The notes: a model not told the origin generated them from the sequence alone. Shown: positions 49,703 to 60,811, numbered from the stretch's first letter. The stretch: 64,000 nucleotides of DNA from Bacillota bacterium (GCA_013178125.1 JABLXJ010000006.1:156631-220630), one strand, 5' to 3'. Numbers and translations: made by a program.

Positions 49703-52444
49703 CTAACTGAGCTCCTTCAATCGCTTCTCGAGCTTCTCTATACGCTCGCTATATTCGACCAGGCGCATCCTCTCGCGCTCAACCACTTCCGGGTGGGCCC
49801 TGGTCACAAAGTTATGATTTTGGAGCTTTCTCTCGGATGCGGTGCGCGCCTCACGCACCGCAGACAAGTCGCTCCTGAGCCTCTCGATTTCCCTGTCCAC
49901 ATCTATGAGGCCCTCGACAGGCACGAATACCTCCACGCCCTTTGCTATAGCCGAGACAGCCTTACCGTGCCAGCCGGACCGTTCCCCCGTGAGCCCAAGC
50001 TCGGAGAGCCCGGCCATATGCGCTACGTAACCGCTATTATCCCTCAAGACCTCGAGGGATTCTCCGTGGACGACCATTACAGCCTTGATCTTACGCTGGG
50101 GCACTATGTTCAGCTCGGCCCGCAGGTTCCGCGTAGCCCGTATAACCTCCATGACGAGCCCCATTCTCGCCTCGGCATCCTCGTCCCTCAGCCTTTCATC
50201 ATAGCGTGGCCACGGCTTCACCATTATGCTGCCCTCCGTCCCGGGCAACGCCTGCCATATACCCTCCGTTATAAATGGCATGAAGGGATGTAGGAGCTTC
50301 AGGAGCTGCTGCAGCGTATACCACAGGACATACTGGGCAACCCTCCGCTGGCCCCGGCCCCAGCTTTCGCCAGTCCCGATCTCGTTGTCATACAGCCGTG
50401 GCTTCACCAGCTCGACGTACCAGTCGCAGAATTCGCTCCAGATGAAGTCGTAGAGGAGCCTGGCGGCCTCGCCGACCTCGTATTTCTCGAGGAACCTCGT
50501 AACCTCCCCGCTAACCTCGTTAACCCGGCTCAATATCCATCTATCCGGCAACGAAAGGTCGAGGCTCATCATGGCAGGACTCTCGACCTCACCAGAGTCA
50601 GCATCCCCCGCCCCCGCGGCCCCGGCATCCCCCCGGGCGCCCATCGCAGGGCTAAAATCGTGGAGGTTCATCATGACAAACCTCGAGGCATTCCATATCT
50701 TATTGGCGAAGTTGCGGCTTGCCTCAACCCTCTCATCCCGGAAACGCATATCGTTCCCCGGGGTGTTCCCTGTGACCAGGGTGAACCTCAGGGTATCCGC
50801 ACCATACTGGTCTATGAAATCAAGGGGATCGACGCCGGTTCCCAGGGACTTGCTCATCTTCCGGCCCTCAGGGTTTCGCACGAGCCCATGAATGAACACC
50901 TCGCGGAACGGGACCTCCTTCATGAACTCGAGGCCCATGAATATCATTCGCGCGACCCAGAAGAAGATTATGTCGTAGGCCGTGACGAGCACGGATGTCG
51001 GGTAGAAGTGGCGGAGCTCAGGCGTATCGTCCGGCCACCCCAGGGTCGAGAACGGCCAGAGCGCGGAGCTGAACCATGTATCCAGCACATCGGGATCCTG
51101 CTCGGTGCTGCGGCTCCCGCACCTGTTGCAGCTATCGGGGTCATCCCTCGATACAATCACCTCGCCGCAATCCCGGCAATACCAAACAGGAATGCGGTGG
51201 CCCCACCACAGCTGGCGCGAAATGCACCAGTCGTGGACATTCTCCATCCAGTTGAGGTATATCTTCGTAAACCGCTCAGGGATGAACCTGATCCTTCCCT
51301 CCTCAACGGCGCGGATCGCGGGCTCAGCCAACGGCTTCATCCTCACGAACCACTGCCTGGACAGGAGGGGCTCCACGGCGGTGTGGCATCGCTGACAGTG
51401 CCCCACAGCGTGATCGTAGTCCTCGACCTTGACCAGCAACCCCTTCTCTTCGAGCTCGGCTACCACGGCCTCGCGGCACTTATACCGGTCGAGGCCTGCA
51501 TACTTCCCCGCTGCAGCGGTCATGGCCCCATCCTCGCCTATAACCGTTATGCTCGGGAGCTTGTGCCGCATGCCCATCTCGAAGTCATTCGGGTCATGGG
51601 CAGGAGTAACCTTGACTGCGCCCGTGCCGAATTGCGGGTCTGCATATTCGTCGGCGATCACCGGGATCTCCCTCTCCATGATAGGGAGGATGACGGTCGT
51701 GCCGATATAGCCGGCGTAACGTTGGTCATGAGGGTTGACGGCGACCGCGACGTCGCCCAGCATGGTCTCCGGCCTGGTCGTGGCAACGGTGATAGCGCCC
51801 TCCCCGTCCTTGAACGGGTATTGAATGTAATACAGGGCGCCCCGCTCATCCTTGTGCTCCACCTCGAGATCGGAAAGCGACGTCTTGCAACGCGGGCACC
51901 AGTTTATGATATACTGACCCCGGTAAATCAAGCCCTTCTCGTAAAGGCGAACGAAGACCTCCCGGACGGCCCGGGAACACCCCTCGTCCATGGTAAACCT
52001 CTCGCGCTGCCAGTCGCATGAAGCTCCAAGCCTCTGGAGCTGGCCTATAATCCGGCCACCATACTTCCTCTTCCAGGCCCACACGCGCTCCAGGAATTTC
52101 TCCCTGCCCAGGTCATAACGGGTAAGGCCCTCCTTCACCAGGTCGGCCTCGACCTTCACCTGGGTTGCTATGCCGGCATGGTCGGTGCCCGGGACCCACA
52201 GGGTATTGTACCCCTGCATTCTCCGCCACCTTATGAGGATATCCTGGAGGGAGTTGTCCAGGGCATGTCCTATATGCAGCGAGCCCGTCACGTTCGGCGG
52301 CGGGATGACTATGCAGAAGGGGGTCTTATCCTTTTCGACCTCCGCGTGAAAGTAGTTACCCTGCAGCCAGAATTGATAAATATCCGCTTCCAGCTTGTGG
52401 GGATTGTATACACTCGGAATATCGGATTTGCCTATCGCTTCCAA
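49703..52444 (-). CDS. valS: Valine--tRNA ligase
   Basis: [31 protein letters not shown]-terminal coiled coil. Confidence 0.97.
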   Translation of the reverse strand: MEAIGKSDIPSVYNPHKLEADIYQFWLQGNYFHAEVEKDKTPFCIVIPPPNVTGSLHIGHALDNSLQDILIRWRRMQGYNTLWVPGTDHAGIATQVKVEADLVKEGLTRYDLGREKFLERVWAWKRKYGGRIIGQLQRLGASCDWQRERFTMDEGCSRAVREVFVRLYEKGLIYRGQYIINWCPRCKTSLSDLEVEHKDERGALYYIQYPFKDGEGAITVATTRPETMLGDVAVAVNPHDQRYAGYIGTTVILPIMEREIPVIADEYADPQFGTGAVKVTPAHDPNDFEMGMRHKLPSITVIGEDGAMTAAAGKYAGLDRYKCREAVVAELEEKGLLVKVEDYDHAVGHCQRCHTAVEPLLSRQWFVRMKPLAEPAIRAVEEGRIRFIPERFTKIYLNWMENVHDWCISRQLWWGHRIPVWYCRDCGEVIVSRDDPDSCNRCGSRSTEQDPDVLDTWFSSALWPFSTLGWPDDTPELRHFYPTSVLVTAYDIIFFWVARMIFMGLEFMKEVPFREVFIHGLVRNPEGRKMSKSLGTGVDPLDFIDQYGADTLRFTLVTGNTPGNDMRFRDERVEASRNFANKIWNASRFVMMNLHDFSPAMGARGDAGAAGAGDADSGEVESPAMMSLDLSLPDRWILSRVNEVSGEVTRFLEKYEVGEAARLLYDFIWSEFCDWYVELVKPRLYDNEIGTGESWGRGQRRVAQYVLWYTLQQLLKLLHPFMPFITEGIWQALPGTEGSIMVKPWPRYDERLRDEDAEARMGLVMEVIRATRNLRAELNIVPQRKIKAVMVVHGESLEVLRDNSGYVAHMAGLSELGLTGERSGWHGKAVSAIAKGVEVFVPVEGLIDVDREIERLRSDLSAVREARTASERKLQNHNFVTRAHPEVVERERMRLVEYSERIEKLEKRLKELS

Positions 52445-52475
52445 AATAACTCACCAACCCTGTATTTACATGGAA

Positions 52476-52513
52476 CAGAAACTCCCTTCGCCGCCGAAAA
52501 GGGCGAAGGGAGC
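52476..52513 (-). terminator. Intrinsic terminator after EF-G2 gene
   Basis: CTCCCTTCGCC-loop-GGCGAAGGGAG then TTTCTGTT on the minus strand. Confidence 0.65.
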
Positions 52514-52547
52514 AGGCCTCCCCGGCCTCCCTGCCTTGGGCCCGAGG

Positions 52548-54635
52548 CTACTTTTCCTTCTCTCTCTCTTTGGCCGCGGCCTCGATGATCTGCTGACTTA
52601 TTTGGGCCGGGACCTCTTCATAATGGTCGAAATTCATGCTGTAATGTCCCCTGCCTCCTGTAATGGATCGCAGGTCAATGGCATACTTGAACATCTCGGC
52701 CATCGGGACTAGGGCCTTAATGACCTGGTTCTTGCCGCTCGGCTCCATCCCGAGGATCTTGCCGCGCCTCTTGTTCAGGTCGCCCATGATATCGCCCATA
52801 TAGGCCTCAGGGATAACCACCTCGACATTCATTATGGGCTCGAGCAGCACAGGCTTGGCATCCATGGCCCCCTTCTTGAGAGCCATGGAGGCGGCTATCT
52901 TGAATGCCATCTCGGACGAGTCCACGGGGTGGTATGAACCATCATAGAGCGTGACCTTTATATCAACCAGCGGGTAGCCAGCCAGCACGCCCTCCACCAG
53001 GGCTTCCCGTACGCCCTTCTCGACGGCGGGGATATACTGGCGCGGAACAGCGCCGCCGAAGATCTTGTCAACGAACTCAAAACTGCCGCCCGGGGGCAGG
53101 GGCTCGAGCTCGAGCCACACATGACCGTACTGGCCGCGGCCCCCTGTCTGCTTCTTGTGCTTGCCCTCGACCTTGACAGTGCCCCGGATGGTCTCCCTGT
53201 AAGGCACCCTGGGGGTATCAAGAGTCACATCGACTCCGAACTTCCGCTTCAGCCTGTCGGCTATAACCTCCAGGTGCTGCTCGCCCATGCCTGATATGAT
53301 CGTCTGCCCGGTCTCGACGTCCTTCTTGACTTTAAAGGTCGGGTCTTCCTCTGCTAACCTGGCAAGCCCCGCACCAATCTTGTCCTCATCCCCCTTGGAT
53401 TTAGGCTCGACTGCCATCGAGAGCGCAGGTTCGGGGAAGGCGATGCCATTGAAGATAATTGGATGCTCTTTATCACAGAGCGTCTCCCCGGTTGATGTCT
53501 CCTGGAGCTTCGCCACGGCCGCTACATCGCCGGCTATGACCTCCTGCGTCGCCTCCTGCTGCTTCCCTCGCATGAAGAAAACCTGACCGACCCGTTCCTG
53601 TTTATCCTTATTGGCGTTATAAACCTGGGAATCTGAATGTAGCATACCCGAGTAAACCTTGAAGAATGTCAGCTTGCCCACGTATGGGTCGGCCATGGTC
53701 TTGAAAACAAAGGCCGAGAACGGTTGATCTGCCTTCAACTCCCGCGTCTCATTCTGCTTGGAAGCAGGGTTTACCCCTTCGGCGCCGCCCATTTCACCGG
53801 GGAACGGCAGATAGTTGACGAGCGCATCCATTAGAGGCTGAATCCCGATGTTCTTGAGGCTGGAGCCGCAGAAAATGGGAATGGCCTTGCCGGCCTTGAC
53901 CCCTTCTGCTAGTCCGCGCCTGATCTCATCCTCAGTTAGCTCCTGGCCATCAAGGTATTTCTCGATTAGTTCATCATCATTTTCGGCCGCGACCTCCAGC
54001 ATCATGTCCCGGTAGGTCTTCGCCCTCTCTTGTAGGTCCGCAGGGATGTCAGCCGTCCTGGTCTTCCGCCCTCCGGCATCCGGGAGGATGGCTTTCATGC
54101 TGACCAAGTCGACAACCCCTGCAAATGAATCCTGGGACCCGATGGGGACTTGAACAGGCACGACATGCTGGCCGAACTGGCCCCGGAGAGCGTCGACGAC
54201 CTTGTAGAAATCCGCATTCTCCCGGTCCATCTTATTTATAAAGGCGATGCGCGGCAGGCCTCTCTCGTCCGCAAAGCCCCATACATTCTCCGAACCAACC
54301 TCGACGCCGGATACCGCGCAAAAAACCATGACAGCTGCGTCCGCCACCCTGAGTCCGCTCTTCACTTCCCCGACAAAATCCGCAAAACCGGGTGTATCAA
54401 TTATATTGATCTTACTCCCGGCCCACTCGCACGGCGCAATTGCCGTATTAATCGATATCTTCCGTTTAATCTCTTCGGGGTCATAGTCCGTCGTAGCCGT
54501 GCCCTCATCAACCTTGCCCAGTCGATCGATGGCCCCTGCGTCATACAAAATCGCCTCAGCGAGGCTCGTCTTGCCCGCCCCGCCATGGGCAACCAAGGCT
54601 ACGTTCCTCAGTTGCTCTGTCTTGTATTTCCCCAA
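52548..54635 (-). CDS. fusA: Elongation factor G paralogue (EF-G2 type)
   Basis: G1 AHGGAGKTSL and G2 RKISI instead of canonical AHIDAGKTT/RGITI; DTPG, NKMD; not in the str operon. Confidence 0.9.
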   Translation of the reverse strand: MGKYKTEQLRNVALVAHGGAGKTSLAEAILYDAGAIDRLGKVDEGTATTDYDPEEIKRKISINTAIAPCEWAGSKINIIDTPGFADFVGEVKSGLRVADAAVMVFCAVSGVEVGSENVWGFADERGLPRIAFINKMDRENADFYKVVDALRGQFGQHVVPVQVPIGSQDSFAGVVDLVSMKAILPDAGGRKTRTADIPADLQERAKTYRDMMLEVAAENDDELIEKYLDGQELTEDEIRRGLAEGVKAGKAIPIFCGSSLKNIGIQPLMDALVNYLPFPGEMGGAEGVNPASKQNETRELKADQPFSAFVFKTMADPYVGKLTFFKVYSGMLHSDSQVYNANKDKQERVGQVFFMRGKQQEATQEVIAGDVAAVAKLQETSTGETLCDKEHPIIFNGIAFPEPALSMAVEPKSKGDEDKIGAGLARLAEEDPTFKVKKDVETGQTIISGMGEQHLEVIADRLKRKFGVDVTLDTPRVPYRETIRGTVKVEGKHKKQTGGRGQYGHVWLELEPLPPGGSFEFVDKIFGGAVPRQYIPAVEKGVREALVEGVLAGYPLVDIKVTLYDGSYHPVDSSEMAFKIAASMALKKGAMDAKPVLLEPIMNVEVVIPEAYMGDIMGDLNKRRGKILGMEPSGKNQVIKALVPMAEMFKYAIDLRSITGGRGHYSMNFDHYEEVPAQISQQIIEAAAKEREKEK

Positions 54636-54684
54636 GCAAATCTCCTCCTTGAACCGTTCTACAGGGATAATTCTCGCTTATATT

Positions 54685-54713
54685 ATTTTACACTTGCCAA
54701 TGCCTGAGTTCAA
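54685..54713 (-). promoter_or_regulatory. Sigma-A-type promoter for EF-G2 gene
   Basis: TTGAAC-N17-TAAAAT. Confidence 0.6.
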
Positions 54714-54797
54714 GGGCATTAGGGCATTTTGTCTGCCCTTGTTTGCCTTATACAATGCTAATGCCCGGGGAACGCGTTCAAGGATATCCCGGCCGGC

Positions 54798-56165
54798 TCA
54801 GTCGAACTCCTGCGTAAAAATTATTCCGAAGGTCGTAACCGTTTCGTCTTCGTCACCCGACGGGTCGTAAAGGTAGACCTTCCTCGAATGCCCGATCTCG
54901 ACGGCGATCCTCCTGATATCGTCCAGGTCCTCCGAGAGCTTGATCTCAAGCATTCGCTTATCATAGTTCCCGTCCATTAAATCCTCATCCATATACCCCT
55001 TATACTGCGATCCAGCCTTAATGCTCAGGATGGGGACCCCGGTGCCCTGCCCCAATGGGAACTCCACCCTAGCAGAAAGAAGCCTGGTGCCCTTCCCGGA
55101 CCCGGGCGAGGAAGGGAACACTACATGACCTATCTCGCCGATAACCTCAAATGCGACGTTATCCAGCCGTTTCCCGCTCACCTCAACCCTGGCGCTCCCA
55201 GAAAGGGAATCCTTATCTGCAGACAATACAAAGGCTTTATATGCCCTCTCGAGAACCCCTCTGATCGCGAGCCTGGCCGCGGGCCTGTATTCCCCTTCTA
55301 TCGAAATCAGATTGCGAATATAGGTCTTATCAGGGGCATTGACATAGTTCTTGAATAGCCGTTCTATGGCTATCCCGCCACCAATGCGTCTCCTGTAGGG
55401 ACTCCTAACGCTGAATGTGAGGAGCTCGGTGGCTGAATCATTCACCGGGTTTTCATGGAACCCCTTCTCCACCCGGGAGAAATCCCCCGCCAGCCTGAAT
55501 ATATTGGGGGGTCGGACATTCAAGCCGAAGGCTATCTCTCTCGTAGTATAATCCCTGTACGACTTGCTATCATACAGGCTGTCACCAGACTTGAGGGTCG
55601 TTTCGATGGAAAAACTCCTCGGGACCGGCTCCCATTTTATCTTAAGCCTCCGGGCGTTCTGGAGGTTTAGATAGCCGACCTCACCCTCATCTGCTTCAAT
55701 GATGCTTTTCACCACATACCCGGCCTCCAGGGAGAATCGCTTTGCAGGCTTATACTTGAAATCAAGCTCCGCAGCCGTATCAGCCGAGAAACCATGCAGC
55801 TCCGGGGCTTTAACGCTCAAGGCGGCACCCGCATCCACTATCCTGTTCCCGCGGAGGTCCACCCCGACAGTGAACCCGGATTCGTCCTTTAGTTCCCCCG
55901 TATAGCCGCCGCACCCGCCCGTGAGTTTTCCGGACAGCCCCATGCTGAATCTCCCGTGCACGTCCAGCTGCAAGGCGTCCCCGCGGGGAGCCACAATCCT
56001 GCTGATATCGGCAGGTTCGCCGGCACCTTCCAGCGACATTGCGATTGCTGCCTGATGCCCGACGATCACGCTCGCTATTGTTAGAATCCACATCCATATA
56101 GGGATGAAGAAGCGAATCCGAAAAGTCCTTCGGTACCCCAGGATGAACCCCCCTCCCGGGCGCAT
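54798..56165 (-). CDS. Hypothetical secreted protein, probable outer-membrane beta-barrel
   Basis: Signal-peptide-like segment, many amphipathic beta-strands with aromatic ends, C-term TTFGIIFTQEFD. Confidence 0.55.
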   Translation of the reverse strand: MRPGGGFILGYRRTFRIRFFIPIWMWILTIASVIVGHQAAIAMSLEGAGEPADISRIVAPRGDALQLDVHGRFSMGLSGKLTGGCGGYTGELKDESGFTVGVDLRGNRIVDAGAALSVKAPELHGFSADTAAELDFKYKPAKRFSLEAGYVVKSIIEADEGEVGYLNLQNARRLKIKWEPVPRSFSIETTLKSGDSLYDSKSYRDYTTREIAFGLNVRPPNIFRLAGDFSRVEKGFHENPVNDSATELLTFSVRSPYRRRIGGGIAIERLFKNYVNAPDKTYIRNLISIEGEYRPAARLAIRGVLERAYKAFVLSADKDSLSGSARVEVSGKRLDNVAFEVIGEIGHVVFPSSPGSGKGTRLLSARVEFPLGQGTGVPILSIKAGSQYKGYMDEDLMDGNYDKRMLEIKLSEDLDDIRRIAVEIGHSRKVYLYDPSGDEDETVTTFGIIFTQEFD

Positions 56166-56340
56166 TCATGGCCCGATAGTCCGCTGGCTCGATACGCCAG
56201 TGCTGCAATCCCAGGATACCATCATATTCCATAAATGTCAATAAAACTTTCGGGTGATTTCGATGAATCCCGATTTTGATCGCGATTGATTTCGACACGA
56301 CTGTATGACGCTGCAAGTTAGCCTAAATCAGACAATGTTG

Positions 56341-56598
56341 TCACTTGACGAGCCCGAGCTCTCTGGCCTTTCTAAAGACCTCGCACTCCTCGCAGCGCCC
56401 GTCGCAATCCATGCAGTCCTCCTCCACCTCCCAGCAATTAAGCCCACGCGCGTGAATTTCGCAATTTAAATACAAGCTTGCGGGGCAGCCACGGATCGCG
56501 CGACAATCCTTGAAGCCCCCACCCGGGAGTTCCCGGCCCGACAAAGCCTCCTGCAACACAACCGCCTCCGCATCCTCGGGATTCTTATGACTTCGCAT
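56341..56598 (-). CDS. Small Cys-rich (CW-motif) protein
   Basis: C..I.GC....NC......NCWE...C..C...C..C.VF pattern. Confidence 0.55.
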   Translation of the reverse strand: MRSHKNPEDAEAVVLQEALSGRELPGGGFKDCRAIRGCPASLYLNCEIHARGLNCWEVEEDCMDCDGRCEECEVFRKARELGLVK

Positions 56599-56631
56599 GA
56601 CTTCTTGTGATTCTTCTTATGGCTCTATGCA

Positions 56632-57495
56632 TCATTCTGTAGTTTTCTCGTTGCCGCGCTGCGCCTTCTTCGTCGACGTGGAGCCCAGGCTCCCGGCCCG
56701 CTCGGCCGCGGCGACCACAGCGTCCATCAAAGCCCCCCTCACCCCGCCCCTTTCCATGGCGTGGAGGCCTGCTATGGTGGTCCCTCCGGGCGAAGTCACC
56801 ATGTCCCTCAGCTTCGCCGGATGCTCGCCTGTCTCGAGGACCATCTTCGCCGCGCCTAGGACCGTCTGGGCGGCAAGGATGAGGGCCTGGTCCTTGCGAA
56901 AGCCGATTCGCACCCCCCCATCGGCCAGGGCCTCGATAACCGTGTAGACGAATCCGGGCCCGCTGCCGCTCAAGGCCGTTACGCTGTTCATCAATGACTC
57001 ATCAATCTCTACGACCACAGCCATCTTCCTGAGAAGCTCGAGGAGCCAGCCGGCATCCGCGGCATCTATGTGCTTCCCGAGGCAAAAGGCGATCGCCCCG
57101 GCGCCGAGCGAGCACGGCGTATTGGGCATGATGCGCATCACCTTTACCTCTTCGCCGAGCATGGTCTCCACATAATTCAACTCGATGCCCGCGGCCAACG
57201 TCACGATTATGCTCCCGGGCCTAATCATCCCGCGCAGCTCAAGGAGCACACCGGATATAACCTGCGGCTTGACCGCTAGGAATAAGGCATCAGCCTGCCG
57301 GGCAACCTCTATGTTGCTGGGGACGGCGGTTACGCCCAGGTCGTTACTGATGGATGCCAGCCTCTCGCAGCTCGCATCGCTCGCGACTATGTTGGACGGA
57401 TCTACGTACGCGAAACCAATCAAGCCCTTCATCAAGGCCTCGGCTATCGTGCCTGCCCCAATAAAACCTATCGTATGTGACAATACTAGACTCAC
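56632..57495 (-). CDS. proC: Pyrroline-5-carboxylate reductase
   Basis: IGFIGAG, AVKPQ, RIMPNTP, SGSGPG, VTSPGGTT. Confidence 0.95.
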   Translation of the reverse strand: MSLVLSHTIGFIGAGTIAEALMKGLIGFAYVDPSNIVASDASCERLASISNDLGVTAVPSNIEVARQADALFLAVKPQVISGVLLELRGMIRPGSIIVTLAAGIELNYVETMLGEEVKVMRIMPNTPCSLGAGAIAFCLGKHIDAADAGWLLELLRKMAVVVEIDESLMNSVTALSGSGPGFVYTVIEALADGGVRIGFRKDQALILAAQTVLGAAKMVLETGEHPAKLRDMVTSPGGTTIAGLHAMERGGVRGALMDAVVAAAERAGSLGSTSTKKAQRGNEKTTE

Positions 57496-57919
57496 CTCTT
57501 CCCGGGTTTGCCTGAATCCTGCAGGCGAAATATGCTTTGCAATCTATATCTTCTATAGTTGGCAAGTATAGTTGGCAAGAATTAGTACGGCAGGGATTCC
57601 TGAATTTTATATTTCCTTCGCCACCCTGGTCAATAATCCTTCAGTTTCCTCTTAGCTCAGTATGAAAAATTCACCAATTTCCCCAGGTAGCAGTTAGGTA
57701 GCTGCCATACCCCATAGGCTTCATTTAGAGGCAATTCCGGCGGAGCCAACTCCAGTCCACGGGTATAACAAACGGGTATAACAAACAGATGGCAGGAAAT
57801 CCACCCAGTGTCATTGAAATAAGCAATGGGGCCTCTCCTGTATAAATCACCGTCAAACCCCTAATATGTTAACCCTTGAACGATAGAGATGAACAGAAGC
57901 GCTAGAAAGGTGAGATGGC

Positions 57920-58504
57920 TTGAGAATCATTGTAGGCTTGAGCGGCGCGACCGGCGCAATTTACGGCATAACCCTCCTGAAGACCTTGAGGGATCTCGAG
58001 ATCGAAACACACCTGGTGCTCACCCCGTGGGCCGAGGCCACCATAAAGGCGGAGACCGACTACTCCCCTGAGGAGGTAATGAGCCTTGGCACCCACACCC
58101 ATGCCCATGACGACCTCGCCGCCCCGATTGCGAGCGGGACCTGCCCCACAGATGCCATGGTGATCGCCCCCTGCAGCATGAAGACCCTGGCGGCGATCGC
58201 AAGTGGCTATTCCGATAATCTCCTCACGCGGGCGGCCGACGTGATGATCAAGGAGCGCCGTCCCCTGGTGCTCGTAGCCCGGGAGACCCCCCTTTCCCCG
58301 ATCCATCTCGAGAACATGCTCAAGCTCGCTCAGGCAGGCGCCGTCATCCTGCCCCCGGTCCCATCCTTCTACCAGCGGCCATCAACAGTAGAGGATATCG
58401 TCAAGGGGACGGTCGCGAAGATTCTCGACCAGCTCCGGATCAAGCATAACCTAGTGCCCCCATGGGGGCAGGAAACAAAAAAAGGAATTATGAGGAGATC
58501 GTAG
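57920..58504 (+). CDS. ubiX: Flavin prenyltransferase
   Basis: GLSGATGAIYG, APIASG, APCSMKTL, RAADV..KERR, RETPL, PSFY. Confidence 0.94.
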   Translation: MRIIVGLSGATGAIYGITLLKTLRDLEIETHLVLTPWAEATIKAETDYSPEEVMSLGTHTHAHDDLAAPIASGTCPTDAMVIAPCSMKTLAAIASGYSDNLLTRAADVMIKERRPLVLVARETPLSPIHLENMLKLAQAGAVILPPVPSFYQRPSTVEDIVKGTVAKILDQLRIKHNLVPPWGQETKKGIMRRS

Positions 58505-58705
58505 GAGGAATATTCCTAAGGAGGGTATACTATATGGAATTTATGAAGAATTATTAAGTAAGGAATTATAATGGGCTCCCGGAGGAGCCCCAAAACTCGT
58601 CCCGCCCCACAAACGGAACATTATTCAAATCCAACGAGAGTATGGTGCATGGCACCTATGAAGGTATAGCGCCGATGAAAGGCCAGACACAAAGGCTGGA
58701 CACCG

Positions 58706-60445
58706 CTAGACATCGGCGGCCTTCTTCGCCTCAGGCGCTGACCCTCTCCGGCACACCAGAGCCTGGAGGTAAGCCATTACGTAAGGCATTACATAGTAAT
58801 CGAGCCCAAAAGCCCTGCCCGCCCCTCCCAGCATCGGTATCGAAGCTACAAGGAACCATATGTTTCCCGTGCCTGAAAGCATGAAATTGATATTCATGAA
58901 TATGGAGCCGAGCCCCGCCAGAACCGTAAACAGGCCGAATATGAATGCGAGCCCGAGCACCAGCTCCCCAAGGGTGATCATCCTCTGGAAAAGCAATGCA
59001 TGCGGAAATACCACATTCTCCATAAATGCCGCATACCAGGCTGGCGTGTTAGGTCCCATCGGCACCAGCGACGATCCTGAAACCAGCTTATCGCCGGATA
59101 CCAGGAACCCGGCCTGCACCTTTTCAATCCCGGACGCCAGCCACTGGTAGCCAAGAAAGAGCCTGAGTATCACCAGCCAAAACATGCTAGCCTTCACGTT
59201 CAAATGCTTGTACAAACCCGATAAACCTCCCCTCTCATTGAGAAATTCCTCTTTCAGGTACCTTGATGTGAGCCACAGCTTCCCAACGCCAAAGAGATAA
59301 TGCAGATTGACAAGATGCTTCATGGCCATGGCAGGAAAGCCCCAGAGCGGGACCCCGGCGATATCAGCCACAGCGTAATGGCTTCCGATCGATACCATGA
59401 CCCCATGAAGCTTCGGTTTGAATTTCCCCTGCGGCTTGCCATGTATTGCAGATGCAATAGCCTCCGCTACGAAATCGGCACCCTGCAGCCCCGCCTCAAC
59501 CAACGCAGGCAACTCGCCATCATCGTTGGCAAACAGGGCATTATCCCCTATCGCGTAGACATCCGGGCACCTCTCCGTCTGCATGCGCTCGTTTACCATG
59601 ATGCGACCCCGGCGACCACATGGGAATCCCAAATCCCTCACATCCCCCCTGGTCTGGACACCGCCGGTCCATATCAGGGTGCGGGTTTTCAGGATTGTGC
59701 CGGATTTCAAGGCTATATGATCCTCACCAACTTCGGTTATAGGCGAATTCGTAAACACCATGATCCCCTTACGCTTCATGAACGCCATGGCTCTCTCCCT
59801 GAGGCTCGGCCTCAGGTTAGGAAGGATGGTTGGCAGCGCCTCGATCAAAATCACATGGACTTCGTGCGGGGATATCTCATGCTCGCGGCACAGATCGGGG
59901 ACCCATTCAACCAGCTCACCGACCATCTCGACACCGGTAAACCCCCCGCCGCCCACCACGAAGGTGAGGATTTCCTGGCGCTTCACTGGATCAGACTCAG
60001 ACCGGGCCTGCCTGAACATCTCACTCACCCGGCGCTTGATCCTGAGCGCGTCGTCAAGCGACCACAGCGTAAATGCATTTTCCTGCATACCGGGTATGCC
60101 GTAATACGCCGGCTCGCTCCCGCAGGCGAGGATCGCATAATCGTAGTGATATTCGGCGCTGGCGGACGAAAGAACGCGCTTCTCCGGGTCGATCTTGGTG
60201 ATTTTGTCGTTCACTACCTTGACGCTCGTTCCTGAGAAAACGCGTTCAAGGGGTATCTCGACGGCTTCAGGCCTGATTCTATTGCCGGCTACCTCATGGA
60301 GGTCGGTCAAGAGTACGTGGTTCGGACCGTCATTTATAAGTATTATACTGGCATCCTTTCCTCCAACAAGCCTGTCAAGCTTCTGAGCAACGTGAACTCC
60401 CGCATAGCCACCTCCCACTATTACTATTTCCTTCTTAGGCTGCAC
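58706..60445 (-). CDS. Type II NADH dehydrogenase with C-terminal DoxX-like membrane domain (EET Ndh2-type)
   Basis: GGGYAG and GGGFTGVE Rossmann motifs, AIGD; C-term LRLFLGYQWLASGIEK and TM helices. Confidence 0.9.
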   Translation of the reverse strand: MQPKKEIVIVGGGYAGVHVAQKLDRLVGGKDASIILINDGPNHVLLTDLHEVAGNRIRPEAVEIPLERVFSGTSVKVVNDKITKIDPEKRVLSSASAEYHYDYAILACGSEPAYYGIPGMQENAFTLWSLDDALRIKRRVSEMFRQARSESDPVKRQEILTFVVGGGGFTGVEMVGELVEWVPDLCREHEISPHEVHVILIEALPTILPNLRPSLRERAMAFMKRKGIMVFTNSPITEVGEDHIALKSGTILKTRTLIWTGGVQTRGDVRDLGFPCGRRGRIMVNERMQTERCPDVYAIGDNALFANDDGELPALVEAGLQGADFVAEAIASAIHGKPQGKFKPKLHGVMVSIGSHYAVADIAGVPLWGFPAMAMKHLVNLHYLFGVGKLWLTSRYLKEEFLNERGGLSGLYKHLNVKASMFWLVILRLFLGYQWLASGIEKVQAGFLVSGDKLVSGSSLVPMGPNTPAWYAAFMENVVFPHALLFQRMITLGELVLGLAFIFGLFTVLAGLGSIFMNINFMLSGTGNIWFLVASIPMLGGAGRAFGLDYYVMPYVMAYLQALVCRRGSAPEAKKAADV

Positions 60446-60811
60446 ATCCGGTTCCCTCCCCAATCAAAGAAACTGGTTCACAAAGAAATTGATCCACAAA
60501 AGACACTATACCACTTTGAATACATAATTGACAACACTATATTGCTCACCATTGCGTATTATGCAGGCCGTTAACCATCCCGGCGAGCTACAGGCGCGAA
60601 GCAAATAGGCAAATGAGCAGTACTAGATTCTGGCATAATCCCGGGATGCAATTTTGCCGGGACAAACCCCGGTCAAACCCTATTGCATTTATCGGGTTTA
60701 TACTATAATATCTTTTTGGGTGGCCACCTAATTTCTACATAAACAACCCAAACTAAATCGCCAGGCTGCTAAATCAAGCAGGCAAGATTAAAAAAGGAGT
60801 TGACGTAGCAA

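Noticed and set aside
52445..52547. T-box riboswitch upstream of valS
   Set aside because: Only ~100 nt with a terminator hairpin; no T-box GGTGGNACCGCG consensus or stem I visible
15937..57786. CRISPR array from the short direct repeats
   Set aside because: Units are 6-18 nt, 2-4 copies, unrelated between loci, without regular unique spacers or cas genes
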